This document shows, piece after piece, positions 32,791 through 42,463 of a stretch of DNA of 64,000 nt. Source of the stretch: Ignisphaera sp. GTDB lineage: Archaea; Thermoproteota; Thermoprotei_A; Sulfolobales; Ignisphaeraceae. The first letter of the stretch is position 1; each line of letters begins with the position of its first letter. The notes under the pieces were generated by a model. The model saw only the letters and a list, made by a program, of their open reading frames with translations. It ran no database searches and was not told the origin of the DNA. A program made the translations under genes and the position numbers. The stretch spans positions 17,564 to 81,563 of the forward strand of contig JAWAHS010000003.1 of the NCBI GenBank assembly GCA_038889075.1, read 5' to 3'.

Positions 32791-32868
32791 TGGCGGGCCC
32801 GAGGGGATTTGAACCCCTGACCACCGGCTTAGGAGGCCGGCGCTCTATCCTAGCTGAGCTACGGGCCC
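32791..32868 (-). tRNA. tRNA-Arg(CCT), intronless, CCA encoded
   Basis: GGGCCCG acceptor stem, anticodon arm CCGGC-CTCCTAA-GCCGG, T-loop GGTTCAAATCC, 3' GCCA; TATA-like CTTAAA about 25 nt upstream. Confidence 0.98.
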
Positions 32869-32932
32869 AGTAGGTCTGTAGTTGCTAGTTCAATTTAAGT
32901 GTTTTTGGTGTATTGTACATATGTTTGCCGTT

Positions 32933-33781
32933 TTATTGTATTGTTTGGTAGTACTTTTTGAGGAGTAGCGCATCTTCTTCTAGATTTGGTGATTCGCTAA
33001 TTATAACCCCTTCTACATTGAATTCTTTTAGGATTTTTACAAGGTCTCTGTAATTTAGATCTGATTCTGCTAGGTTTAGATGCTTTACCTCACCCTTTGG
33101 ACCATAGTTGATGCCGCTTATGTGCATGTGCATGTTTGATAGCGCTTCCCTACCCAGCTTTTTTTCGATTACTTCCATCACTTCTCTAAATTCGCTATAG
33201 CTATTATATCTTCCTAGACTTCTTGCATGTAGATGGGCAAAGTCTATACATGGCAGAACATTTTCACCGATATCTTGGCTGAGGCTGACAACTTCTTCTA
33301 AAGAGCCTATCTCACTCAAGCCACCCATAACCTCTGGTCTTATCCATATGTCGATACCCCTATCCCTAAGCTCGTTAACGATCTTCTTTATAACATCTCT
33401 TACGTTGTTATAGACTGTTGTTGGATCGAAACCTCCATAGTAGCCGGTATGAAAAACTACACTCCATGCACCAGCCTCGAAACCTATGTAAGCACTTTCA
33501 ACTATACGTCTAATGCTTGCCTCGACTTTCTGGTTATCAACTGAGTTGAGATTTATATAGTATGGTGCATGGACTGTGAGAGCAATACCCAGCTCTGTAG
33601 CTACATTCTTAATCTCGTGAGCCATATCAACGTTCATCTTAATACCTCTTACAAACTCTATTTCCATAGCGTCCAATCCGAGCTCCCAGACCCTTTTAAT
33701 ACCATTGACAGTGGTCTTCTTAGGTGTTGAGTTGGGTATTCCAGCCGTACCAAAACGCAGTCCGGTTAACCTTTTAGGCAT
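32933..33781 (-). CDS. nfo: Endonuclease IV (AP endonuclease family 2)
   Basis: FG.AG.P, HAPYYINL, VFH.G, RPE.MG, PCIDFAH, H.H.SG, KH, ESP. Confidence 0.92.
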   Translation of the reverse strand: MPKRLTGLRFGTAGIPNSTPKKTTVNGIKRVWELGLDAMEIEFVRGIKMNVDMAHEIKNVATELGIALTVHAPYYINLNSVDNQKVEASIRRIVESAYIGFEAGAWSVVFHTGYYGGFDPTTVYNNVRDVIKKIVNELRDRGIDIWIRPEVMGGLSEIGSLEEVVSLSQDIGENVLPCIDFAHLHARSLGRYNSYSEFREVMEVIEKKLGREALSNMHMHISGINYGPKGEVKHLNLAESDLNYRDLVKILKEFNVEGVIISESPNLEEDALLLKKYYQTIQ

Positions 33782-33837
33782 AGATATATCTACCTAATAA
33801 CTATAGTTCTCAGAAGAACTGAAAAAGTTGATGATAC

Positions 33838-34407
33838 ATGGATCTGCCACGTGAAGATGGTATATACATACACGATACAGTATGGAGAGGCATATCTGTA
33901 GACGGTCCATTCGTTCCGGAGGAGGATGGTATATACGTACTCTACTTTAGAAATAGCAAATGTCCTGGATGTAAGGCATTTGATGAGACGTGGAGCAGAT
34001 TTGTAGAAGGGGTAAGGGACCTGTATAGATTTGTAGTGGTCCAGTGTACAGAATTCTTTACAAATTGTAGCTCGGGCGATGCTGTCGATACCTTTTTATT
34101 CTACCTAGTATTTGAGACCCCACAGATAGTAGTCATCGTCGTTAAAGATGGGATGATTATTTATCTAGAGAGGGAGATAGGTTCTCTAACCTATAATAGG
34201 CTTAGAGAGTTTGTTATAAACATTGAAGAGAGAATGAACGATTATCTAAAAAGAGACGAAGAGGTTGACAGCAACGAGGAGGGTCTCTACATAGATTTTA
34301 GTGAAAGAAATTGGAAAGAGATTGTTAGAAGAATTAAGGCATTACTTGATGGACGGGAATTGCGTGAAGTATGCGATGAAGATGGGTGTAGACTTGTAAT
34401 TGTCTAG
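33838..34407 (+). CDS. Thioredoxin-fold protein
   Basis: LYF....CPGC, TP cis-Pro segment, extra Cys pairs, C-terminal CDEDGC. Confidence 0.7.
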   Translation: MDLPREDGIYIHDTVWRGISVDGPFVPEEDGIYVLYFRNSKCPGCKAFDETWSRFVEGVRDLYRFVVVQCTEFFTNCSSGDAVDTFLFYLVFETPQIVVIVVKDGMIIYLEREIGSLTYNRLREFVINIEERMNDYLKRDEEVDSNEEGLYIDFSERNWKEIVRRIKALLDGRELREVCDEDGCRLVIV

Positions 34408-34477
34408 CAAACCCTGTCCATAAAGGATATTAGGGATGGTATACAGTTAGCAGTACTATATACTAGATTGTTGGGAG

Positions 34478-35746
34478 ATGTTATTGAGACCTCTAATCCT
34501 GATACCATTTGCATCAGAGGTGCATAGAAGAGAGTACTATGCAGGTATACTTGAGGTGCTCAAATCCTATTTTAGAAAATATGGTATAGATTTCCATGAA
34601 GAGATCGTAATTAGCTATGATAAGGTGGAAACTATTTCAAAAAAATATCGTAACTTCATTCCGATAGCACTCATACTGACAGGTGGAACAAGCAGATTGG
34701 TATACGAATTTGTAGTAGAATCGCAACTTGATCGGGTATTCATATTCGCACATGGAGAACACAACAGTCTTGCATCAGCTATTTCAGCTAGAAGTAAACT
34801 GGAGTATGAGGGTGTTTCCACGGGCCTCTACTACTGTAACAATCCATATTCTAAAGAGTGCGAATTTGTCATCGATAGAGTTATGGCTATTGCGAGAACT
34901 GTAGCTAGTATAATTGGCGCTAAAGTGGGTGTGGTAGCCGATAGAAAGCGAGAGGAATCTGATGAAATATTTGAGTCAAAATTTGATGCTATAGTAGATA
35001 TAATTTCCTTTGATGAATTTGAAAAAGAGTTTAGTGAGATAAGCGATGATATGTTGGTTAAAACTATGAATCACATCAGGGGTAGGATAGGAATTGAAAA
35101 AGCGGATACCGCATTGAAAGACATAGCTAAACTCTATATTGCATTAAAGAGTATTGTAAGCAAGAGAAAACTAGATGCTATTACAATAGACTGTTTTCCA
35201 TACATAGTAAAGTACGGTGTAACTCCTTGCATACCACTAGCACTACTAAATTCTGAAGGCATTGTAGCTGGATGTGAAGCTGATCTAACAGCCCTTGTAG
35301 GGCTGATGATAGCTAGATATATAACAGGTAAAAGTGGATGGATTGCAAATTCTGTACTCTTCAATTCTAGGCATGCTCTATTTGCACACTGTACAGTCGC
35401 ACTCGATATTGTAGATACCCCATCCATAGCACCACACTTTGAGACAGGCAACCCCTATGCTGTCTCAGGAAAGATGATTGCAGATACACTAACGCTAATA
35501 TCTATAGATAGAGAGTTCAGTATTGCAGCAATTGCAAAGGGCAGAATAGTAAAATCTGGCCTACTGCAATACCCCACCTGTAGAAACCAAATTATGGTAG
35601 AATTCGATTATATCACTGAGGAGATTCCACGATATGCCCCAGCAAATCACCATGTAGCTATGCTAGGGGATCACATATCTAAGCTTATGGATGTAGGATA
35701 CATGCTTGGTATGGATGTAGTAGAGTATAGGGAACTGGTAAGGTGA
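34478..35746 (+). CDS. L-fucose/L-arabinose isomerase-related protein
   Basis: TGGT, NSL.SA, LDA.T..CF, TPC, GCE.D, AHCT, HFET, CR.Q, NH.V..GDH. Confidence 0.8.
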   Translation: MLLRPLILIPFASEVHRREYYAGILEVLKSYFRKYGIDFHEEIVISYDKVETISKKYRNFIPIALILTGGTSRLVYEFVVESQLDRVFIFAHGEHNSLASAISARSKLEYEGVSTGLYYCNNPYSKECEFVIDRVMAIARTVASIIGAKVGVVADRKREESDEIFESKFDAIVDIISFDEFEKEFSEISDDMLVKTMNHIRGRIGIEKADTALKDIAKLYIALKSIVSKRKLDAITIDCFPYIVKYGVTPCIPLALLNSEGIVAGCEADLTALVGLMIARYITGKSGWIANSVLFNSRHALFAHCTVALDIVDTPSIAPHFETGNPYAVSGKMIADTLTLISIDREFSIAAIAKGRIVKSGLLQYPTCRNQIMVEFDYITEEIPRYAPANHHVAMLGDHISKLMDVGYMLGMDVVEYRELVR

Positions 35747-35752
35747 TAATAG

Positions 35753-36316
35753 ATGGACATGGACTTAGAAAATGTAGTAAAGCCTAAAAAATTCTACTAT
35801 CTTCTCCATCCACGTCCAGTAGTGATAATACTCACGAGATGCTCCAATGACAAGATCAATGCGATGCCTGCATCGTGGATCACGCCAGTATCTGAAGATC
35901 TCCAAACAATAGCAATTGCAATCGATAGAACTTCATTTACATCTGAATGCCTCGATTATAGTGGTGAGGCAACAGTGAACATACCATCATCCAACTATAT
36001 AGATCTAGTATATGGGCTCGGTATTACTTCTGGGAGAGATGTAGATAAGATAGAAAAATTCAAAATGAAGCTAGCTAAGAGTAGAAGTGTTTCAACACCG
36101 CATTGGTCTGAGGCACTGGGATGGCTTGAGGTAAAGGTAGACAGATATATAGATATAGGTGAGGTACGACTCTACATATTTAATGTAGTAGACTACTATA
36201 TGCAGAAGGATGTTGCTAGTGAATGGGGGTGGGATTTACGCAAAACTAACATACTACACCATGGTATAGGTAGAGGTTTCTATACAGTAGGAAAGTTGTT
36301 AATAGCCAAGCCGTAG
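35753..36316 (+). CDS. Flavin reductase-like (flavoredoxin) protein
   Basis: HPRPV, N.M..SW..P, SGRDVDK, HH.G..F. Confidence 0.9.
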   Translation: MDMDLENVVKPKKFYYLLHPRPVVIILTRCSNDKINAMPASWITPVSEDLQTIAIAIDRTSFTSECLDYSGEATVNIPSSNYIDLVYGLGITSGRDVDKIEKFKMKLAKSRSVSTPHWSEALGWLEVKVDRYIDIGEVRLYIFNVVDYYMQKDVASEWGWDLRKTNILHHGIGRGFYTVGKLLIAKP

Positions 36317-36484
36317 GGTTCCTGCAGGTGATACTAAATGATCTCAATTCAAATCATTTTTAATTAAGATGACGTTATTCCGCGCCTTGTGCAATTGTTT
36401 CGTTTTTCATATCTGTTCATTGATTGGTATTGATGGAAACGCCTATAAACACCTTGTACAGCGATATGTGTGGAGGTAGCTGGA

Positions 36485-36544
36485 TGAGGGGTTCGGGAGC
36501 CGCTGAGATGCTCTAGATGAAGGCTCTCCCCAAGATGCTCAAGA
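36485..36544 (+). ncRNA. H/ACA-like pseudouridylation guide hairpin (predicted target tRNA U54); RNA may extend to about 36656
   Basis: Lower stem TGAG/CTCA, pocket GGGTTCG / CCCC, upper stem GGAGCC/GGCTCT, K-loop CTGA...AGATGA, ANA box AGA 14 nt from the pocket top; GC-rich intergenic island with TATA-like CTATAAA at 36443. Confidence 0.6.
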
Positions 36545-36694
36545 TGTGGGGTGCCCGGGGTGCACCTGAACACCTCCAAGGGCGATGCAGATCCAAGACC
36601 GATGCAGAGGAAAAGAGATGAGGCGATGAAGCCAACCAATATAAACCCATATCAGAGCTGCCCCTTAATCTTGTTAGTGGTTTAGCATGTAAGT

Positions 36695-37684
36695 CTAGGT
36701 TTCCTTCTTTAATAACTGTCTCACAGTTTTTCTCACAGCTGTATAGGAATTCATTGATGGCTTCCATCCCGTAGATTTTAGCTTGCTTATATCAAGTAAC
36801 ATGAATTTTACATCTCCTAGCCATCCTCTACCATCCGGTGTAGCCGGTTTGAATATGTACTTAATGTTGCTAAGTCCCATCTCCTCTACGACGATATCTG
36901 CTATCTCTCTTACAGTAATCCAATCCTCATTCCCTACGTTATACACATCATAATCTACACCTGCTGTTGGCAGAATCTTCAGTGCTAAGAATAGGGTTGC
37001 GTCCACAGCATCATAAACATGTAGATAACTTTTCCTCTGGGTACCATCTCCTAGAATCTCTAATTCCTTCGGATTCTGTCTCAACTTATTTATAAAATCT
37101 ACTATGACTCCATGAGTGCTGCGAGGTCCGATTACATTAGCGTATCTCACAATGAGGCACTTTATACCATATAGCTTAGAGTAGGATATGCAGAGGTATT
37201 CTGCTGCAAGCTTTGCTGCACCATATATTGATATGGGTTCAAGGGGCTGATAGTTTTCAGGCGTTGGTATCGTTTTAGCATCGCCATAGACCGTGGAGCT
37301 ACTAGCGAATACCAGAGTCTTTGCCCTGCCTCTCCTACATGCTTCAAGTACATTAAATGTGACCACGAGATTTTCATTAAAATGGATATCCGGATTCGTT
37401 ACGGAGACTCTCACCTCTGGATTGGCAGCCATGTGTATAGCGATATCTGCATTTCTAAAATAGTATAGCCACTGTTCATCTGGATGCTTTAGATCGGCCT
37501 TTACAAATGTAAAGTACTTCTTATTGATGTGCCCCGCTATATTATCTATACTCCCCGAGCTGAGATTATCTATAGCAATGACCTCCTCCGCCAGTCTGTT
37601 TCTTACCAAATAATCTATTATGTGACTACCTATGAATCCTGCTCCACCAGTGACAATAACTCTATTTATATGTTGAAGACTCAT
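36695..37684 (-). CDS. NDP-sugar epimerase/dehydratase (GalE-like SDR)
   Basis: TGGAGFIGSH, H.AA.P.V, ASSSTVYG, YGAAK, RYANV.G, GDG.Q.K. Confidence 0.94.
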   Translation of the reverse strand: MSLQHINRVIVTGGAGFIGSHIIDYLVRNRLAEEVIAIDNLSSGSIDNIAGHINKKYFTFVKADLKHPDEQWLYYFRNADIAIHMAANPEVRVSVTNPDIHFNENLVVTFNVLEACRRGRAKTLVFASSSTVYGDAKTIPTPENYQPLEPISIYGAAKLAAEYLCISYSKLYGIKCLIVRYANVIGPRSTHGVIVDFINKLRQNPKELEILGDGTQRKSYLHVYDAVDATLFLALKILPTAGVDYDVYNVGNEDWITVREIADIVVEEMGLSNIKYIFKPATPDGRGWLGDVKFMLLDISKLKSTGWKPSMNSYTAVRKTVRQLLKKET

Positions 37685-37734
37685 TTTGTGATCCCTTCAT
37701 CATTAGTGTATTCAGTATGGCTAGGCTAAATCAC
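37681..37734 (-). ncRNA. Box C/D-like sRNA in the 5' region of the epimerase gene; D box coincides with the start codon
   Basis: C GTGATTT (degenerate), 12-nt guide AGCCTAGCCATA, D' CTGA, C' ATGATGA, 12-nt guide AGGGATCACAAA, D ATGA. Confidence 0.55.
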
Positions 37735-37786
37735 TAGATATGTAGTAATGTTTAGATTACAGCCCTTTATAAACTGTATGGAGAGC

Positions 37787-38734
37787 CTAGAGTAGCAATA
37801 TGTACGATGCTATGTTAGAGAGCCAGCTATTATCATCGTATGGTATTCTTAGTGCAGCTGCAGATTCGTTGCCATAGTAACCCTTCATAGAGAAGAGTGT
37901 TACCACCATCCCTCTATGGTTTATCTTAAAACCATTACACGGTTCGTGGCCTCTGATCATGACCTTTATATCCAATTTCTCTACAATCCTTTCTGAAATC
38001 CGCCATCCCCATAGCTTACCAGCACCCCGGTATACATTGTACGAAACCCCTTCAATATCTTCAGTTGGATCACTCCACAACACATCCTCAAAATCCTCCT
38101 TATTTCCAACATTCAATATGGTATCCGGATCTGTATAGCGTTCTGCCCTTGACAGAGGCGGCCCTCCGTGAAAGGCTAGAATCCTATCAGGTATGTAGAG
38201 AAGTAGTGGCATCGCTTCAAACATCTCAAGGAAGCTGTAGTAGAGTTCCCTTCCACCATCTGAACCAAACCTCTCTACCAATTCATAGGGAAAGTCGTGT
38301 GGATAGGGTTCTAGACCTTTAACCGGTTCATGATTGCCCCTTAGCAGTAATATGTTTTCCCTCCACTCGCACTTCAGTATAGATAGAAATGTTAGTGTTA
38401 GTAGTTGTTGTGGCCCTCTATCTATATAGTCCCCTAGAAACACCATCTTCATCGAATTGCTATTCAGATACTCAACAGCGTTAAGTTTGATCATCAGCTC
38501 TACAAGTGTATTGATATCGCCATGAATGTCGCCAAAGAATACCATTGGAATAGAGGTGCGCTCCTTCACTACATATCTTTTACTTCGTATATTGAATTCG
38601 AATTCAAGCTCGTATTTAGTATCATTAATAAGTGTTTGAAGTTTGTGGAAGTCTCTCACCGTATCCTGAGCTCGATGTACCAATTCCTCTATACTCCACA
38701 TTATAAATACCATGTAAGTATATGTGTGCGTCAT
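37787..38734 (-). CDS. PPP-family Ser/Thr protein phosphatase (PP1-arch type)
   Basis: GDIHG, GDYIDRG, RGNHE, HGG, LWSDP, IRGHE, TLFS; true start may be slightly downstream. Confidence 0.95.
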   Translation of the reverse strand: MTHTYTYMVFIMWSIEELVHRAQDTVRDFHKLQTLINDTKYELEFEFNIRSKRYVVKERTSIPMVFFGDIHGDINTLVELMIKLNAVEYLNSNSMKMVFLGDYIDRGPQQLLTLTFLSILKCEWRENILLLRGNHEPVKGLEPYPHDFPYELVERFGSDGGRELYYSFLEMFEAMPLLLYIPDRILAFHGGPPLSRAERYTDPDTILNVGNKEDFEDVLWSDPTEDIEGVSYNVYRGAGKLWGWRISERIVEKLDIKVMIRGHEPCNGFKINHRGMVVTLFSMKGYYGNESAAALRIPYDDNSWLSNIASYILLL

Positions 38735-38795
38735 TTCTATAATAGGTAAATACCTTAAATACTAATATGGTCCTACATCTAATGGTGGTATCTCT

Positions 38796-39875
38796 ATGGC
38801 ACTAATACGAGCACTGGCCCTACACATTCCGATTATTAAACATGAAACTGGTTGGATTGTAAAGAAGTCGACTGAGCTACTCGATAGAACCATTATATGT
38901 TGCAAAAACGTAGGCTCCTCTCCATGGACTTGGAGAATAGTACTTCCTCCTCTACCTACAACTATCGAATACCAAAATGTTAAGAAGATGGTATTAGAAA
39001 TCTCTAGCAGTTTTAGCAACATAGGGGTATTAATTGCAATTCCATTTAAAATGGATAGTCCTTACATAGATAGAATTATTGACTTGATTTACGAAAATGA
39101 CAACGTTTATAGCAGTATCAGCTGTAACGATGAGCTCTGTATAGATAGGGTTATAGATAGAATCTATGGTAGGGCTAGGAATACAGACATAAACGTCTAT
39201 ACAAACTTTGCAATAGCCTTTGGATCTTGGATGGAATCACCATATTTTCCAGCAACGGCCAATGTGAGTAACACAGTAGGGTTGAGTTGCTCTCTGAGGT
39301 ATGCTGATTTAATTAAGAAAAGCTTAGTGGATGGAAATGGCGATATAGTCTTTGAATTTGTTACCAGAATCGATAATCTGCTTGAATCCTTATCAAAGTG
39401 TGTAGGCATACCGTATCTTGGTATGGATCTTTCCCTTTCACCTTGGCTTAGCGAAAGTGTAGCAGAGATCGTTGAGTTTCTAGTAGGGGATAGAATGGGA
39501 TCCATAGGTAGCTTTAATGCCATATATGTATTGAATGCCTACATAAGAAGATTGATGAAGAGTGCTGGTGTAAAAACGATAGGATACAACGAAGTAATGC
39601 TACCTGTTGCTGAAGATCTGTTACTGAATGAACGTGTTGGAAAAGGAGATGTGAAACTAAGAGATTTAATGAGCTTTTCCATCTTCTGTGTACCAGGTGT
39701 AGATATGGTAGCGATGCCCCATTACATTAACTATAGAAGGTTTCTTTTAGATATGCTAGCTATTTACGAGGTCAAGAAAACTAATACTGCATTAAGGGTA
39801 ATACCAACTGATTTAGAGAGTGGAACTAGGATTATTTTAAAACGTTTTGGAGAGACCTATGTTGTATATACATAG
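38796..39875 (+). CDS. DUF711-family protein
   Basis: PYFPA, G.D.SLSPW..ESVA, G.NEVMLPV.ED..L, C..G.DM motifs. Confidence 0.8.
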   Translation: MALIRALALHIPIIKHETGWIVKKSTELLDRTIICCKNVGSSPWTWRIVLPPLPTTIEYQNVKKMVLEISSSFSNIGVLIAIPFKMDSPYIDRIIDLIYENDNVYSSISCNDELCIDRVIDRIYGRARNTDINVYTNFAIAFGSWMESPYFPATANVSNTVGLSCSLRYADLIKKSLVDGNGDIVFEFVTRIDNLLESLSKCVGIPYLGMDLSLSPWLSESVAEIVEFLVGDRMGSIGSFNAIYVLNAYIRRLMKSAGVKTIGYNEVMLPVAEDLLLNERVGKGDVKLRDLMSFSIFCVPGVDMVAMPHYINYRRFLLDMLAIYEVKKTNTALRVIPTDLESGTRIILKRFGETYVVYT

Positions 39876-39878
39876 TAG

Positions 39879-40925
39879 ATGGTGATAGATATAGTGAGCA
39901 CTATATTTCCAGAGTTAGAATCTGCCATACCAAAGTTGCTAGACATGATAAGTAATAGAATTGAAAGAGAAAGGGCCAGCATCATAAAGATATTAGAAAG
40001 AGTTGAATGGAATGCCAGCTTTAATAGAGACCTCAATAGTTGCATTGCCATAGGTGCAGACTCTAGCTTCACCATAGTAGATTCCAGAGTGGGTACGATA
40101 TACGTTGTCCAAGGCATAGCAATAAGACAGACATTTACTAGATCACTAATAAAAATTGAAGAATACATCAGATTCTATGATGCAGGTTTAATTTCTATTA
40201 AATCCAGCTCTCCAAATAGAATAATCAGAAGGTCTATCTACAAAAGGGCACTATCAACATATGCATATCTGCTGGAGCTACAATCAGCGTATAGTTTAGC
40301 AAAAAGTGGTTCTGCTGATGTAGTACTACTCGATGGTTCATTAATATCCTTCCTGATGCAGAGGGACTTCAAAGGCATCAGTATGAATATAAATAGCATT
40401 AGTCAAGCTAAAGATACTGAGCTTAGAGAGGTTTTGGAAAAAAAGAATATTTTAATAAACGAATTGAGCAACCTCTCTAACACTATTTTCATTGCTAAAT
40501 CAAGCAGCGCATGTTTCTATACAAATGGTATGTATCCTGATATGTATGTATTTGAATTAGCTAAACTATTTAGAATAGAACCATACTATAGAGCTGGGTA
40601 CTCTACACCCATGGTAATAGAAATCGATGGAACACTAAAAAAGTTTCTAGGAATAGACAAAGAATGTGGTATACAGTTCTTTACTGTAACGTACTCAAGG
40701 TTCGCAGATGGCGCACCGGTCTTCCAACTAACACTACCTCATAAAATTTACATTGATAAGGTAGGCAGTTTATTTTCATATGTAAAAATGTTATCACCGT
40801 CTGGATATCCGATGCCTTTAGAGTATCCACATAGAATTAGTAGACTAGCTAGGAGTACTCTAATAGACATTCTTATAAAAATCGGTATCCCGATTATAAG
40901 CGGCCGAGAACTTGTAGAGCTATAG
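39879..40925 (+). CDS. NurA-domain nuclease
   Basis: IGADSS, LE, VLLDGS, IAKSS, GYP.PL...H. Confidence 0.82.
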   Translation: MVIDIVSTIFPELESAIPKLLDMISNRIERERASIIKILERVEWNASFNRDLNSCIAIGADSSFTIVDSRVGTIYVVQGIAIRQTFTRSLIKIEEYIRFYDAGLISIKSSSPNRIIRRSIYKRALSTYAYLLELQSAYSLAKSGSADVVLLDGSLISFLMQRDFKGISMNINSISQAKDTELREVLEKKNILINELSNLSNTIFIAKSSSACFYTNGMYPDMYVFELAKLFRIEPYYRAGYSTPMVIEIDGTLKKFLGIDKECGIQFFTVTYSRFADGAPVFQLTLPHKIYIDKVGSLFSYVKMLSPSGYPMPLEYPHRISRLARSTLIDILIKIGIPIISGRELVEL

Positions 40926-40935
40926 ATACTCTAGA

Positions 40936-41406
40936 TCAGCTCTGAATACATTTAATATTATCTAATAAATTATCGATGTACTCCTTAAAGTAGTTGGCTG
41001 GTATATAGCCTATGAGTCCATCCGCTACTTTTCCATCAATTAGGACAACCGTTGTAGGAGTAGAATAGACATTGAACATCAAGGCCGCTTCTGGAACAAA
41101 ATCAGCATTTACTTCGATAAATGCCGCTTTACTACTATATTGTTCCGCAGTACGGTAGAAGATGGGTTTAAATAGTTTGCAGTATGGGCAGTGCGTTGTT
41201 GTTATAAGCACGAACACAACTTTACAGCTTTCTAAAGCATCTATGAACTCTCTATACGATTTAGCAAATATAACACCATTAAGTGGAATATTGCAACATG
41301 CATTTCTCCCTAAATTGCTACCTCTACTGTATTCAGACACTATTCTATCAAGTATTTTAGAGACCTCCGAGTTGCTCTCAAAATCCTCATATTTATTGCC
41401 GATCAC
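40936..41406 (-). CDS. Thioredoxin
   Basis: CPYC, F.P, V.STPT, G. Confidence 0.9.
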   Translation of the reverse strand: MIGNKYEDFESNSEVSKILDRIVSEYSRGSNLGRNACCNIPLNGVIFAKSYREFIDALESCKVVFVLITTTHCPYCKLFKPIFYRTAEQYSSKAAFIEVNADFVPEAALMFNVYSTPTTVVLIDGKVADGLIGYIPANYFKEYIDNLLDNIKCIQS

Positions 41407-41554
41407 AACATTACACCTACCATGTATACTAGGAAATTAGAATATAGATAAAAATTTAACTGTAGTAACACAATACATTAAATCTAATAACTGTAATGCC
41501 TGGGAATATCATAAGCTTATTTAATGTTTAACTAGATACTAGATAGGGACTTCA

Positions 41555-42334
41555 TTGGTGGAATCGGGATACTATGAGGACTTTATTGAGAGATTGAACA
41601 CGCTGTCTTCTATTATAGCCTCCTTCAGCACGCAACTAACCAATATTGATATAACATCACTAGCAAGTAGGTACTACATATCTATACACGATGTTGTTCT
41701 ACCTATAGCTATAGAAGATGAAAAGAATCTCACTTCTAAAACGTTTTTCGAACCCGTGTTCAATATATACCTGTATGAGAATAGAGCATACGCTATTCCA
41801 AAGAATGTAAAGGAATTGCATTCCTCGGACAATATGCAATGGAACAAGGTTCCTGTAATTGATTTAACGCATAATGAGGATTTTTTAGCTATTATAGCTG
41901 CCTCCATTGCTGAGAAGATGCATCTTTCACCATCTGAGAGAAACATAGTAAAAATACTTCCAAGCAGTCTAAGAGCATATGTGGATACAGCATACAACAT
42001 GGTTAGAAGGATCAGAATCGACCATCATGACATATCTTTAAAGACACAAAAGGCTGTACCTACCAGAAAGCCTATTGAAATAATTCTATGGTATAAAAAA
42101 ATGCCTAGCGATAGTATCAAGGAAGTGGCTTATATTAAAGGAGTTAGTCTAAGAGCAGTTAAAGTAACCTTTACAGATTACGAAATAGAGATAAAGATGT
42201 ATAGGAGCGAAGTTTCGTTTGAATTGCTAAAGCTTTTAGAGAAAGTGATTACAGCAAACATTCTGACATCCATCTCTAAAAACATAGAGAGGGTATCAAG
42301 GATTTTATTCACAGCAATTAGCATCATCAACTAA
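41555..42334 (+). CDS. Hypothetical protein
   Basis: 259-aa ORF with host-like codon usage; no family recognised. Confidence 0.75.
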   Translation: MVESGYYEDFIERLNTLSSIIASFSTQLTNIDITSLASRYYISIHDVVLPIAIEDEKNLTSKTFFEPVFNIYLYENRAYAIPKNVKELHSSDNMQWNKVPVIDLTHNEDFLAIIAASIAEKMHLSPSERNIVKILPSSLRAYVDTAYNMVRRIRIDHHDISLKTQKAVPTRKPIEIILWYKKMPSDSIKEVAYIKGVSLRAVKVTFTDYEIEIKMYRSEVSFELLKLLEKVITANILTSISKNIERVSRILFTAISIIN

Positions 42335-42463
42335 TATGCTACTTCATTATGACGCTGTCTTCTATATCGATAAACTTTAACCTATAGACACATTCAAGAT
42401 AAACAATGCATAAAGAGTTTTTATATATCAGTGCTGAAAACCTCTATATAGGGCATCTAAAAT

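Noticed and set aside
36480-36660. RNase P or SRP RNA
   Set aside because: The conserved P4 (GAGGAAAGUCC) and SRP helix-8 (GGAAGG.AGC) signatures were not found.
36364-36767. ORFs 36364-36639 and 36513-36767
   Set aside because: Atypical composition; better explained by the GC-rich structured RNA on the + strand.
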